In this document: positions 26,220-39,163 of the stretch, one piece after another
Numbering within the stretch: position 1 is the stretch's first letter
Layout: each line of letters begins with the position of its first letter
Assembly: GCA_951406725.2 (NCBI GenBank)
Contig: OX597819.1
Span: 135,098,001-135,162,000, forward strand
Direction of reading: 5' to 3'
DNA from: Octopus vulgaris
Lineage: Eukaryota
DNA: 64,000 bases
Notes under the pieces: model-generated
What the model was told of the DNA's origin: nothing
The model's input: only the letters and a program-made list of their open reading frames with translations
The model's database searches: none
Program-made: the position numbers and the translations under genes

Positions 26220-26610
26220 TATGCACCAATTATTTGTTCTTCATCATCATCGTTTAACGTCCGTTTTCCATGCTGGCATAAGTTGGACAGTTTGACTGAG
26301 GACTGGCAAGCCAGTAGGCTGCACCAGGCCCCAGTCTGATCGGGCAAGATTTCTACAGCTGGATGCCCCTCCTAATGGCAACACTCTAAGAGTGTAGTGG
26401 GTGCTTTTTACGTGCCACCGGCACAGGGAGCCAGTCAGGTGGCATTGGCATTGACCCACGCTTAAATGGTGCTTATTACGTGCCACCAGCACAGGTGCCA
26501 GTCAGGTGGCACTGGTATCACCTACAACAACAATTTCCATTTTGATTTTACTTAACTCAATAGGTCCTCTCAAGTGCAACATATTGCATGATGATTCAAA
26601 GGTACTTTAT
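26220..26610 (-). mobile_element. RTE 3' UTR copy
   Basis: (CAT)n plus family consensus. Confidence 0.8.
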
Positions 26611-27395
26611 TGCACGTATTACATCCCACACCCCAAACTACTTCCAACCCCCACCATTCCAACCAATCACCTCCTTTCTGTGCCTTCAGTCACTGCCCCT
26701 CTTTTCCCCTTTGCTATCATTTTAAATGCTTTAACTTATCTGCCATCAAAACCCACCTACAATAGCCCCTTATGTACCTATATCTTTCCCTCTCCATAGA
26801 TTCCTACACATTGTTCTGCAACTTCTTGTTTTATTCCCCTTCCTCAGTCACTCATATATCACTGGATTAAACTTATTTGTAGAAGGTAGCATCGCAAATA
26901 TTTGGGCAACTTTTGCATTTACAGAAGTAGAGGTTAAAAACCCCTGCCCTAAATTGAAGCATTGAATATGATTAGTGATTGGAACAATACTTGAAAATTC
27001 GGTAATAAAAGAAGCTTAAAACTGCATTTTGATAAAATATTAAAATTGGAATTTATAAAAAATGTTCATACAGTCTAGCATTTAATAATTGCATTCTTTT
27101 AGTAAAAGATACATAACTTCAACTACTTAAAAAACAGCTTCCTCCATTATAGTATATATATAAGTAGCAACTAAATCTCCTTCAAACCAACCCTGCAAAA
27201 TAAAAAACAAAATGACCTCTCAATTTTGGTCTTCTTCTCACAAACATCTACCATATCCATGCTGAAACTGTCTGTGGTCTAGTGCTGTTTCTTTCTGACA
27301 CACTCTGTGTGTGTGCCACAGAATCCAGGAAACTAGCCAATTGCCTTGGCAAGGCTTTTTGAGCTTTGATGTACAGCATATACACTTATAGAAGA

Positions 27396-27784
27396 CTAGC
27401 CCGGCGTTGCTTGGGTTGTAAGGGAAATAACTATATAAGCATTTTTAGAGAGTTATAGCCAAAAAATAGCAAAAAAATGCATTAAAAATTGAAAAAAAAA
27501 TTAAGGTAAATTTTTTTTTTAAATCGTTGACACATCGTAGATATTTTTAGAGAGTTACTTCCCTTATATAAAAGCGAAAAAAATGCATTAAAATGGAAAA
27601 ATATGATGGTAAATTTTTTTAAAATCGTAGACTCATCGTAGACACGCGCTAATACCCAGAAGGGCTCGATATGAATCACGACTATAAGATACCCGCTTTT
27701 GGTTAAACTGCACCGCAAAATGTGGGAGTAGTTACGAATCTAAATCGTAGGAGACAGACACACAACTTCACTCTTATATAAAGA
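27396..27784 (-). mobile_element. Non-autonomous Helitron (same family as 18224-18617)
   Basis: CTAG at 27396, hairpin cccggcgttgcttggg, TC terminus at 27784 flanked by A/T. Confidence 0.8.
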
Positions 27785-28503
27785 TGCTTTTTTTTTTCAG
27801 TCATAGAGTTAGATTTATGAAGGTCTTCAGTAGAAAATCCTTCGAATTCTGACTCGCTGCTTGATATAATGAAATTCGTATCCATTTTTTGTCAGAATTA
27901 CAAATTTTGAAAACACAATAGGAACAAATTTCGGAAAAAAATCTCCCATAATTCACGGAATTAAAATTACACTTCGATTTTTGTACAAAACTGTATTTGA
28001 AGTGTTTACGAAGTATAATACGTGTTTTCACGAATGTACTAAAGAGATTTACTCTGATATTCTCATTTAAATATCATCATCATCATCATCATCATTTAAC
28101 GTCCGTTCTCCATGCTAGCATGGGTTGGACGGTTCGACTGGGTTCTGGGAAGCCAGAAGGCTGCACCAGGCTCCAGTCTAATCTGGCAATGTTTCTACAG
28201 CTGGATGCCCTTCCTAACGCCAACCACTCCGTGAGTGTAGTGGGTGCTTTTACGTGTCACCTGCACAGGTGCCAGGCGAGGCTGGCAACGGCCACGGTCG
28301 GATTGGTGTATTTTATGTGCCACCGGCACGGAAGCCAGTCGAGGCGGTGCTGGCATCGGCCACGAGTCGGATAGTGCTTTTACGTACCACCAGACCAGGG
28401 ATCCTGGCTGGTTCAATTCGATTTCGATTTCGCTTGCCCCAACATGTCTTCACAAGCAAAGGGGTTGGCATGGGTGCCTGAATAGGTAAATTCGGGCGGT
28501 TTG
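27785..28503 (-). mobile_element. Partial second copy of the piggyBac element, interrupted by an RTE 3' copy (about 28075-28478)
   Basis: 27785-28074 matches 24446-24735, and the match resumes at 28479 (gaataggtaaattcgggcgg) after the (CAT)n-tailed insert. Confidence 0.8.
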
Positions 28504-29203
28504 TTTATACATAAACACTGTTTCATACTTTCAGTTTAGTCTTCCTCAAATCACTCTGTCACTATTTACTCTCTTCCAAGAACATTTTCACTCACTCTTA
28601 TCTGTTAGCTTGCCATACATTTTACTCATGTATCTATCAGCGTGATAGACAGAAACAAATATTACATCTAGTTTCACTTTATTCGTTGCACACTGTGTGT
28701 GTGCGTTTGCGTGTGCTGTAAACCAGACTAAGAAAAGCATTTGACATACACACCAGAATGTGAGTTTTCTGTAAATTTTGCTTAATTGGAGACTTTCAGT
28801 TTAGTCTTCCTCAAATCAATCTGTCGCTATTTACTCTCTTCCAAGAACATTTTCACTCACTCTTATCTGTTAGCTTGCCATACATTTTACTCATGTATCT
28901 ATCAGCGTGATAGACAGAAACAAATATTACATCTAGTTTCACTTTATTCGTTGCACACTGTGTGTGTGCGTTTGCGTGTGCTGTAAACCAGACTAAGAAA
29001 AGCATTTGACATACACACCAGAATGTGAGTTTTCTGTAAATTTTGCTTAATTGGAGTTTAAATTTTAAAAACTGGACCTGGCAAAACCCGATGCATTCTA
29101 CTCTTAAAAATGCTAGGTAAATTGTAATTGAAGAAATCCTATATTGTAGATTTCTATAACTGACAAAGGGAGGCAGATAAAATCTGCCTTTTATAATAAG
29201 AGA
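28504..29203 (-). mobile_element. Helitron-like 5' part containing a 265-bp tandem duplication
   Basis: 28527-28791 is nearly identical to 28792-29056. TC terminus at 29203. Confidence 0.7.
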
Positions 29204-29294
29204 TGATAAGTGAGAGGACTGTGCCAAGTTCCACTGTCTACTTTGGCATGTTTTCTATAGCTAAACACACATACATATCCACATACACTCACAT

Positions 29295-29650
29295 TTATGA
29301 AGTAGCTAGGTTAAAATGGCAACCTTTGAGCTGCATTCTCATCTTGGGAAAGACATGGAAGTCTGCAGGGGCTAAATCTGGCAAATAGGGTAGGTTCAAA
29401 AGCAATAGTATGTTGCTTTTGGTGAAGAATCCAATTATTTGTGCTGCACAGATCTTGTTGCTTCCATAAATGTCCTCTCTCTGATGCTTCAAAACTTCAC
29501 AGTAGAACTCTTGATTGACAGTCTGGCCCTGGGCTACAAATTCTCAATGCTCAATACTACATTTCTTGAGGTGACACTCATGGCAGATCTACCATATCAC
29601 CCATCATCTTCCAGGGACATTCTTCCATTTTTGAACCACCGTGCCACTCA
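29295..29650 (-). mobile_element. mariner transposase remnant
   Basis: PYLPDLAPADFHVFPKMRMQLKG resembles the mariner YSPDLAPSDF motif. Confidence 0.75.
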
Positions 29651-29664
29651 AAACATTATGCTCT

Positions 29665-29700
<36 letters not shown>

Positions 29701-29721
29701 CATTTTATTTGTTATTTACAG

Positions 29722-29847
29722 GAAGAGGATGAAATGGAACAGAAAATGTTGCAAGAAATGGAAAATGAACGGCAAAAAATCATTGAAGAAGAAAGACAAA
29801 AACTACTGCAAGAGCATGCCTCTAAATTACTTGGTTACTTACCAAAG
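29722..29847 (+). CDS. MNS1: MNS1 exon
   Basis: tttacag| and |gtaagc, 126 nt. IIEEERQKLLQEHASKLLGYLPK matches the conserved MNS1 C-terminal motif. Confidence 0.95.
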
Positions 29848-29932
29848 GTAAGCTGGTTTCCATTCATTTAAATCCATTGTGCTCTGGCTGAATTTGCCTT
29901 TTTTCTTTTCAGGGTTAATAAAACATGGGCTA

Positions 29933-32349
29933 CAGTCATGGCTGAACGTTTGGAACATAGGTCTGAAAATTGAAATTTTCGTATTAAATGCCCAAAGTTA
30001 TATTTAATCTGCAATATCTTGTATGATGAACCATGCTCCCATGATCCCGGAGCACTGGGAGAGAAGAAAGGATTAAACAAGAACAGAAAGAGAAATGGAC
30101 CCAGACTGGAAATTGACAACGAGAAAGGAAGCAGTAAAGGAAAGGTAGATGAAGAATTCAGCTGCTGCGGAAAGGTGTTTTCTAGTTACATCAGGCTGAG
30201 AATTCACTAAGGGAATGATTCAACAGCACAGGTTGAAAAACTATAAGATGTGTGGCGAGAACCTGCTGGAAAGAAAGCATAGTGAGGGTCATTCCACCAA
30301 GAAAAGGGATAGGCAAAAGCCAAAGATTAAGTGGCCAAAGGCAAATTGATGCAGCAAGCTATAAAAAATTTTTTAAATTTCACCGATGAGGTAGCAAGAA
30401 TGACCACCAAATTCAAAGGGGACAATGAACAAAAGCTCAAGAACTTGGCTAATATAAACTATCAGGATGGAGAGAAAAGAATTGGATTTGAAAGAACAGG
30501 GAATGGAGAATCATCAGAAAAGGGCCGACCATCGAGGAGAGAAAGATGGATTGCAAAGATAGGAAAAGAGAAGAAAAAACTCAGAACCAGGTGGAGGGAT
30601 GCAAAGGAGGAGGAAAGAGAAGGGCTAAAGCAGCTATATGAAGAGATAAAGAAAAGAAGCATTGAGAGCAGCTAAAAAAAGAAGGAAGAACAGAAGAAAG
30701 GAAAGAGAAAAGAACTTTGTAAACAACCCGTACCAATATGAGAAATGTTTGTTTACTGAAAATAAGAATGGAAGATTGGATTGCACTAAAGAAGAGCTTG
30801 AACACAATGTTAAGGGGACATACAGCGACTCTGATAGAAATAAAGTACTCCCGGAAGTGCATGGGCTGAAGAAACCACCTGAACCTACAAACAACTGATG
30901 AATGTAGATGCGGAGAGAAAGCGATGGTGAGACATGTTCTGTCAAACTGCAGACTAGACAGATATACATGGCGTCACAATCCAAGTCCTCGGCGCCATAA
31001 GCGCAGCACTCAAGGAGAAGATCGAGGTATATAATAGGGAAGAGTACCCAAAAGTGGAAAAGCGTGGGAAAATATATTTCCAGAAGGAGAGAAAAGGACT
31101 TCAAATAAAATATACAAGACAGACAAAAGATGGAAGGGATACTGGGAGGTGGTCACAGATTTGGAAAGATTGTTAATATTTCCACTCATAAAAACAACAA
31201 AAAGACCGGACTTAGTCCTATGGAACACAGAACGGAGATTGGAATTTTGCTAGAGTTGACAGTGTTATGGAAAGAGAACATTGCTAATGCAGGGCAACAG
31301 AAGGAGAAGAGGTATGAAAGATTAATCGAAGAGTGCAGAGAACAGGGATGGACTGTCAAGTATTACCACCGGACAGTGGGGGCTAGAGGCTTCATTGAAA
31401 GTAAAATGATGACATTATTTAAAAGAAGGTTTGCATTTTCAAGCTCAGAGCTGAGAAAAGTAATAAGGAGGATACAGGAGTTGGTCGAAAAAGCCAGCTT
31501 CTGTATATGGCTGAAGCGAGAAGCCCCAAAATGGCTTGAAAGCCATAACATGTTGACTGGGAAATAGCATCACTAGGTGAGGCTGGCTGTCACTTGAGCA
31601 GCATCACTGATTGACAGGTGGGCCAAGGTAGCGATCTCATTCATAGTGTCTCCTCCTCCTGGTTCAAAGGCTTGTACCACCAAACAGCTGGTCGGCTCTG
31701 GCTGCTATAACTGAAACTAGCACAACACTGTTGGAAGGCAAGTCTGGAGAGGGCGCAGGCTAAAACTACGTGCCTTCCCCTCCATTGGTCAGTTAAAGCT
31801 TAGACAGTGTCACATGACAGTTGGTTGGTGCTGGCTGCTGGAGCCTACCGGCAAGTATTTAAAGGTTAATTTGGCTGGATGGTCAGTCGCCCACTGACTT
31901 TCGTTAATGCTGCATCAAAGAAACCAAAGAACAGAAGAAACACATTCAATACCAGAGCTGAAGACACCTCCAAAAGGATGGGGCCTCCACCATGTCGAAA
32001 ACGGTAGAGGAGTAGGGGCCGAAACCGGACGTAGTTCCTCTTGATGATGTCCTTAGCTACTGGATCCTATAAAGGAGCTGTTGAGGTAGCAAACCCCTTG
32101 GCTCTAAGTTTGGAACATGGATCTGAAAATGAGAATTTTTATATTAAATGCCCAAAGTTATATTTAATCTGCAATATCTTATTACTTGGCTGAAAGTTTG
32201 GGTCTGAGTATATTTTCTTCTAGATATTTTACCATTAGATCAGTTATTAGGTAAGTATATCTCTACATTGTATATATTTGAATTGAATTGTACTTGGGCA
32301 GAACAATTTTAATTTTTAAACAAATGTTCCAAACTTTTGGCCATGACTG
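29933..32349. mobile_element. Tc1-like MITE hosting a LINE insertion
   Basis: TA|cagtcatggctgaacgtttggaaca ... tgttccaaacttttggccatgactg|TA terminal inverted repeats. Confidence 0.8.
30021..32107 (+). mobile_element. HERO-like restriction-like-endonuclease non-LTR element lacking RT
   Basis: N-terminal zinc finger SCCGKVF..LRIH, CCHC knuckle CRCGE..HVLSNC, then RYTWRHN, RPDLVLW, LLELTV.W.E, KRY and VGARGF. No RT motifs. Confidence 0.82.
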
Positions 32350-32631
32350 TATGAATGTATTTAGGTTGAATCAAATAATTGATTTGCTCTGATCATCATC
32401 ATCATCATCACTACTGTTTTATGTCTGCTTTCCTTGCTGGTAGCGTTGGACAAATGATTTCGGATAGATTGGCTGAAGGACTACATCTTACTTCAAAGTT
32501 TCCAACTTTGGCCTGGGTTTTATCATGGCAACAACAGTAGAGAGGATTATTATGTCCTTGATGAGACCAGAAGATCCTCTTCATTCCATTTCTCAGTTCT
32601 CTTAACAGCCACTTAACATGTAGTTTCTTTA

Positions 32632-33814
32632 TCTCTATTTATAAAAGGCATGACGTGTGTGTGTGTGTACGTGATTGTGATTTAGCACATCCACAAATTA
32701 GCACACATGTCACTCCAATTTTAGGAGGACATTCGTCAACACCCTACCTGGATTTTGTCAACTTATTTTTTTCCCGAGGCACCCGCAGATAGTGGTAAAA
32801 ATCTATTTTCAGCCATAGCTTTTACCAATTTTGAAGGTTACTAACATGAGTTAAGTCCCTTCTAGCCACAGCCAAGTGAAAGTGTGTGTGTGAGGGAGAG
32901 AGAGAAGTTGTGTGTTGATGTGTGTGAGAGAGAGTGTTTCACAACGTGTAACAAAAAAAGTAAAGAAAAAGTATGTGTAAGGAAGAGTGGGAGGTAGTTT
33001 GACAGCGTCTGACAAAAAAAAAAACAAGGTAAAGAAAAGTGGAAGAGAGGCAGAGGGTTTGACAGTGTCTAACAAAAGGTAAAGACAAAGTGAGAGAGAG
33101 AGAGAGGGGGGGAGAGTAAGTGACAACGTTCATAAAAAATAAAATGTAAAATGTTTTGTTTTTTCTTAAACATGAGATATAGTGTTCAAATTTAGGATGT
33201 TTTTGAAAGACAGTATATTTTATAATCATAGTATATATACTTTCTCACAATTACAATATATTTATTTTAAATCATTTATTTATTTGAAATCGTTCATCTT
33301 TCCCCCCCCCCTCTCTCTCTCTCACACACACATTACTTTGGGTGTGAAAGAGTTTTGTTTTTATTTTACACCGAGTAAAAAAGTGTTTTGTCGAGAATCC
33401 ATTTATTTAACAACAACAAAACAAAGAGGTAGGTAACAGTTTGTCAGTGAATTACACAATATGAATGGGTACAATTTCCAAGGCTTCCACCACACCCCAC
33501 TCCATTTTACGAACCACAAAAAGGGTTTTGTAGCATATTAGGAGGCCAGATTAGTTGATTCCACGCAAAAAAAACCATTTTTTTTCTTAATGAAAATCGT
33601 GCAAGTGTTGATCTACAAATTTACCAACATTTTTTCCATTCATTTCTGTTTATGAACATGTATGCATGCAAAAAACATATGCAATATATATAAACCAATT
33701 TCAACTGATTTCTCCCAAATTTGACGTCAATATTACTTAGTTTGGTTTGAAATAAAACTTGATTAGCTTAATAATCATAAGTTAATCCCGAGCAAAGCCG
33801 GGTTATTCTGCTAG
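32632..33814 (+). mobile_element. Complete non-autonomous Helitron
   Basis: A|TCtctatttataaaagg ... cccgagcaaagccggg hairpin ... CTAG|T. Confidence 0.8.
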
Positions 33815-34559
33815 TACTATATAAGAATAGAGAGTTCCTACCACTCTGTTTTTTTTTTCACTCAGGGCTTCATAGTTGAGGAACTGAATGGAAGAGATCC
33901 ATGATGGGCAGGAGAAAAAACTGATTGGGATGAAATGGTAGTAGAATGAGTGGGAGAATGATGGATGTTGATAGCAAAGAGTAATGAAACATGCTGGAGA
34001 GGGTGAGAGGGTGAGAGAGGACTAGTGACATTTCTGTAAGTAAAGTACAATGAATGGGGACCGACTCACTGCCAGCTGTAATCCTTTTGACCGTGAAAGT
34101 GAAAAGAAGAGAGAAAGTAATTGAGAAAAGAGGGATAGAGGTAGGAGCAATGGAGAACTGCATTAGAGGTAGGAGAAGTAGGGACTAGATGATAAAAAAG
34201 TATGAGAGATAAAGAGATGAGTGATGGGTGAGCTAGAAAGATGAGAAACTATAGACTTGGCATTATGCTTAGGTGTCATCTCTCTCTCTCTCTCTACTAG
34301 TGCCCATTCATTATATCCTTCCACCTCTGGCTCCTACTCTTTTCAAAATCTTGTGAACTCAACCCACCTACTCACCCTTTCCAATCCCTAGTCTGCTTCA
34401 CTATTTACACCACCCTGTAACATGGTGGACATGTTCTCTGCCACATCTTCATCTTTCTCTCCTCCATCTGATGTAGGCATTTTTCTCTTCCAATGCATGA
34501 CAACCTTCTCTCTGTATCTCAATACTACTCTTCCCATTTGAGAAGTTGTGTCCTGCAAG

Positions 34560-34915
34560 TTACTTGGTGATGCCACTACTGCTGATGCCATGTAGAAAGT
34601 AGCCAGAACACATGGTAAAGTGATTCAGTTTAGCAAGGGCACCCAGTCGTGGAGGAGACCCTGCCAAAACAGACAGCAGAGCTTGGTACGGTTTCCTGAC
34701 TTGCCAGTTGTTGTCAAACCATCCAGTCCATACCAAAGTAGAAATGGACATTAAACGATGATGCTGATGATGGTGACAACTGTATAAAAGGAGTAAAGTA
34801 GATGAAACCCAGGAAGACATGAGATGAAATAGTGAAAGCTAATCTCAAGATGTTGGGGCTCACAGAAATGAGAAAGGATGGAGATCGTAAATAATTCACT
34901 GTGCACAAAAAGACC
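34560..34915 (+). mobile_element. Decayed RTE 3' fragments
   Basis: ggacattaaacgatgatg tail and a PRKT.DEIVK-like remnant. Confidence 0.55.
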
Positions 34916-37734
34916 CCTTAATCACAGTGGAAACGAGATCCTAAAAACGTTTTGTTAATGCTTCTACCTGCTCCTCCTCTCCCTCAAACCACTCCCTTAT
35001 AACTGCAATCCATCATTCTCATCCTTCCCCACACTAGTTTCACTAATCACCTCTTTTCTATGCCTTCAGTTACCAGGCCTACCATACCTTGTCATCAACA
35101 CATCATCTGAGGTTCACTGTTATTCTCAGTACCCTCTCATATCTGCTTTCTACCTCACTCACTACAGTCACCCTTTTGTATCTCTGACCTCCATCCGTTA
35201 CTCTACACCTCCCTCACACCTTACACATCCTTTTCCTAGATTGTGATCTACTCTCCATCATCTGATACTTCTGTCTCCCTTACTTTCCACCCTCCCCCTC
35301 CATACTGATATTTCCCATCAACTGCACTGCCACCCTGCTTCATCACTTCTACCTTCATCTCTAATCATTTCTTATTCTCTTCTCACACTCCCATCATACC
35401 AGATCATCCTCATTCTATTCTTATATCTTGAGAGTTTACTCTGGCACTTCATCACCAGCATCTTTTTCTCCTTCCCAGTTACTCCCATCCTTATATAATG
35501 TAGGGTAACTTCATATCTCCTCTGTAACCAAACACCTGTGCTTGTCCCTCTATCATACTTTAGCCTCTCAACACCTGATATCACCCCCCCCACCCAGTAA
35601 AGTTTTTTTCCCTTTTCTTTTCCTATCTTACAAGTCACTTGGTGACATCACTAGTGTTAGTGGCATGCAGAATACACCGGGTACACTATAAAATGGTGAG
35701 GGTTACAAAGAGCATCCTGCTGTAGAAAAAGTATATTAAATACTTTATAAGCCAATATTGTGTCCTACTGTGTTAGCAGTGCTATTAAATCACTGAAGGC
35801 CATCTCTACAGATTTTCTATAGAAAATTTTGTTTTGTTTCGTATCTGAATACATCTAATGTAAACAACAATGCAACTGGAGATGGGAAAATAGGTGATGG
35901 GTGTATATACGATATTTCCAGAGTTCTTGTTCCTTTCTCAGCACCACATCCACAAACTCATTGCTTAAACAACCACTAAAAGTAGCAGTGTGACATTATT
36001 GAATAAACCAATTTTACAGGTCAAACACATTCCTGGCAACTGTTATCTACGTATTAACATGGGGGGACACCATATTTTGTTATGCAACCGTACTATATTA
36101 CAAAGTATATTTAACTCTTTACAAGTCAATACTGGCATGGGCAGATGGTTTAACCGGGTCCGGCAAACCACAGTACTGCATCAAACTCCAGTGTCTGCTT
36201 TGATATGTCTTCTACAACTGGATTGCCTTCCTAATACCAACCACTTTATAGTGTGTACTATGTTCTTTTCAGTTTTTTTATTGCATGCTACCTGCCCTAG
36301 TGAGGGTTCCATGCATCTTTACAGAACTCCAGATTGTGAGGAGCAGGATCTTTATGCATGAAGTGTGAGAAATAGAGAGGAGTAAAGTATAAAAGAAACG
36401 GGCTGGAGCAGATCCTGTTTCTTACAGTAGAGGTGCTCCAGGATGATGCAGAGAAAGGCTGGGGCGATTGAGTGGAGCTGGATAGCAATAAAAATAGTGG
36501 TGATGAAGTGTCAGGGTGGACTTCAAGGTACAAAGTGGATAAGAATGAGTGGGGAAAGGGCTTAGAGTGTATGGGTGAGTAGGGAATGTCTGATGTTGCA
36601 GGGCAGCAGGGAAGAAAATGAGGATACAGTAGACAGAACAAAAGAGAGATGATAAGTTTGTGGGTAGGTTGTAGGGGTGGATGGAGAAGAGGCAGGTAGG
36701 TGAAATATGTGGTGGAGTGAGATAATTTAGTGGCACAGTTGGGGTGGGTGGTTGATCAGCAAAAGTGTGTATGGAGAGAACTTTATTAATGGATACCAAG
36801 TCAAGTGGTATTGAAGAACTCGTTAGGAAGGTGAAGGGTGGCAGTGGTCATGGGTGTCTTGAAGTGGAAAGATATTGTGTGAAGGACCCAGTTATACATG
36901 TATGTATATATATATACATATACACACACACACAAAGTTCTAGCAGAACTCTGTTTCACTGAGGTGAGTGAGTGTTTATTTCTAGCCATCCTGATCCTTT
37001 GTTATCTCCTTTATGAAGTTCAAAGTCCTGGGGTCAGTCTTCACCACCTTATCCCTTGGTCATCTCCGACATAAAATGTAACAATCTCAATTCTGTCTCA
37101 TCATCACTTGCTACTATCTCTCAAATCTCTCTTTCACAGGTTCCATTCTCTTGCACATATCCGATTCCTCTTCTGGTCAGTTTTTCTCTCAGTTCTTTTG
37201 TCTTCTGGTATTTCACATCCGCTGGAGCATGTCTGTTTTATTTATTTCTAGTCTTCACAAAGTCTCTGTGTTCAAAACATACATCTCACTACCTTGCAGC
37301 ATCACACTGCACACACTAGTATTATACAATGTCTAAGAGGTAAACCCTTTATTGCCAGCAGAGTTAACAGCTCCCTGAAGTTTTTTCAACCAGCTCTTAC
37401 TCTGGTTTCTAGGCTAATTTGGTCCTCATAATAAGAGAAGCTTGTAACTACTTCTAGAGAGCCACCTGGGCATTTGAGAGAATCTGTTTCACCTGTGTTA
37501 TTACTTATTGCCACTGTGCACCCAGCAACATGTGAGAACCCCATATGTGATCCTACTAAACCTCTTAAACATTCAAGGTTTACTCTGAGTACATTGTATG
37601 GAACTTCTGTCTACTCCTTCTACATATCAAACTGAGTTCTTTCCCTCAAGGTTGCATCCTCTTGTCTTCAATCTTTACAAAAATTCCTCTCAATTCTGGG
37701 TTCTGTTTCAGTGTCTGGATTTTCTTTTCTAATC

Positions 37735-38420
37735 TTACCATCTGTTTTTCCATGATGGCATGAGTTGGACAGCTTGACTGAAAACTGGTAAGCTGGAGAG
37801 CTGCACCAAGTTGCAATATAATTTGGCATGGTTTCAATAGCTGGATTTCCTTTCCTAATGCCAACCACTCCAAAAGGGTGTTGTGGGTACTTTTTGCATG
37901 TGACCGACATGGGTGCCAGGTACAAATCACTGGCATCAGCCACAACTATGATCTCACTTAGCTTGAAGGTCTTCTCGTGCACAATATATTGCCAAAGGTC
38001 TCAGTCACTTGCCACTGCTTTTGTGAGGCCCAAAGTTTGAAGGGTGCTTTTTACATGTCCCTGGTATGGAAGCCAGTTATGCAGCAATGGCATCGGGCAT
38101 GAATATGATTTCACTTGGCTTGATGGGTCTTCTCAAGCACAGCATACCACCTAATGTTCGAAGGGTATTATGTGTCACTGATATCAGCTATGTCTGCGAT
38201 TTCTCTAGGCTTGACGGGTCTTCTCAAGCATGGCATATTGCCAAAAGTCTCAGTCACTTGTCATCTCCTCCATGTGACCCAGTGTTCAAAGGTCATGCTT
38301 TACCACCTCATCCCATATCTTCCTGGGTCTGCCTCTTCCACAAGTTCCCTCTACCTTTAGGGATCGGCACTTCTTCACACAGCTGTCCTCGTCCATATGC
38401 ATCATATGACCATACCATTG
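37735..38420 (-). mobile_element. RTE 3' fragment
   Basis: 3' UTR consensus plus the C-terminal coding remnant (GRPRK.WDEVVKHDL). Confidence 0.7.
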
Positions 38421-38718
38421 ATTCAATTACAAGAACAGCATAAAAGTGTTCCCAGGGTAACTTATCTGAAACTACTCTGCTCAGGCTTGGAAGTCTTACA
38501 ATGAACCGAGGAGTCTGAGCACAGAGCCCCTCTCTTTCTACTGAATTCCTCGTTACATAGCTCTCTCAATTCACTCATCTATTCCTAGCTTCTTCACTGA
38601 GCAAGGAACCTTGATAAAGGCCACCTCGAGGTTGATAGGAGCCAAGATGACATGAAGATAGAACTGAAACTGCTGACTACAATGAAATCACTATTTATTG
38701 TTTTTGTTGTTTTAATAG

Positions 38719-38814
38719 GGAGTAATAAAAGGACCAAAAGATCTTGAAAACCTTGGAGCCTATTTTCAGGAGGCTTACAGTAAACGCAGTGAAGATCCTT
38801 TAGAAGAATCCTAA
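38719..38814 (+). CDS. MNS1: MNS1 last coding exon
   Basis: ttttaatag|, then GVIKGPKDLENLGAYFQEAYSKRSEDPLEES and TAA. Continues the LGYLPK|GV motif. Confidence 0.9.
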   Translation, partial: GVIKGPKDLENLGAYFQEAYSKRSEDPLEES

Positions 38815-39163
38815 TTATGAAGTGTGAAATTTGAAGGGATAAAAAAAATAACAGAATTGATGAAAATCAGAAAACAGGTAAAATTAAAAAAGAAACTATG
38901 AACTGCAGAGATGAGCAGGATTAGGATTATCTTAAATCTCACTGAATGTTTTTGTTTTTGTTTTTGAATTAAATCTCTATTCTTTTTGCTTTATATGAAC
39001 TGCATTTGATTTATTGTTTTTGTTTAGGTCAGTATTAAACAACTAGCCTTATGACCGAAAGGTGTTCTAGCTATGGTTAATCTATTGTGTTTGTTTCAGA
39101 AATACTATTCCTGTGACAACATAGGAGGCTGGCTGTCACTTCAACACTATAGAAATATTTCAA

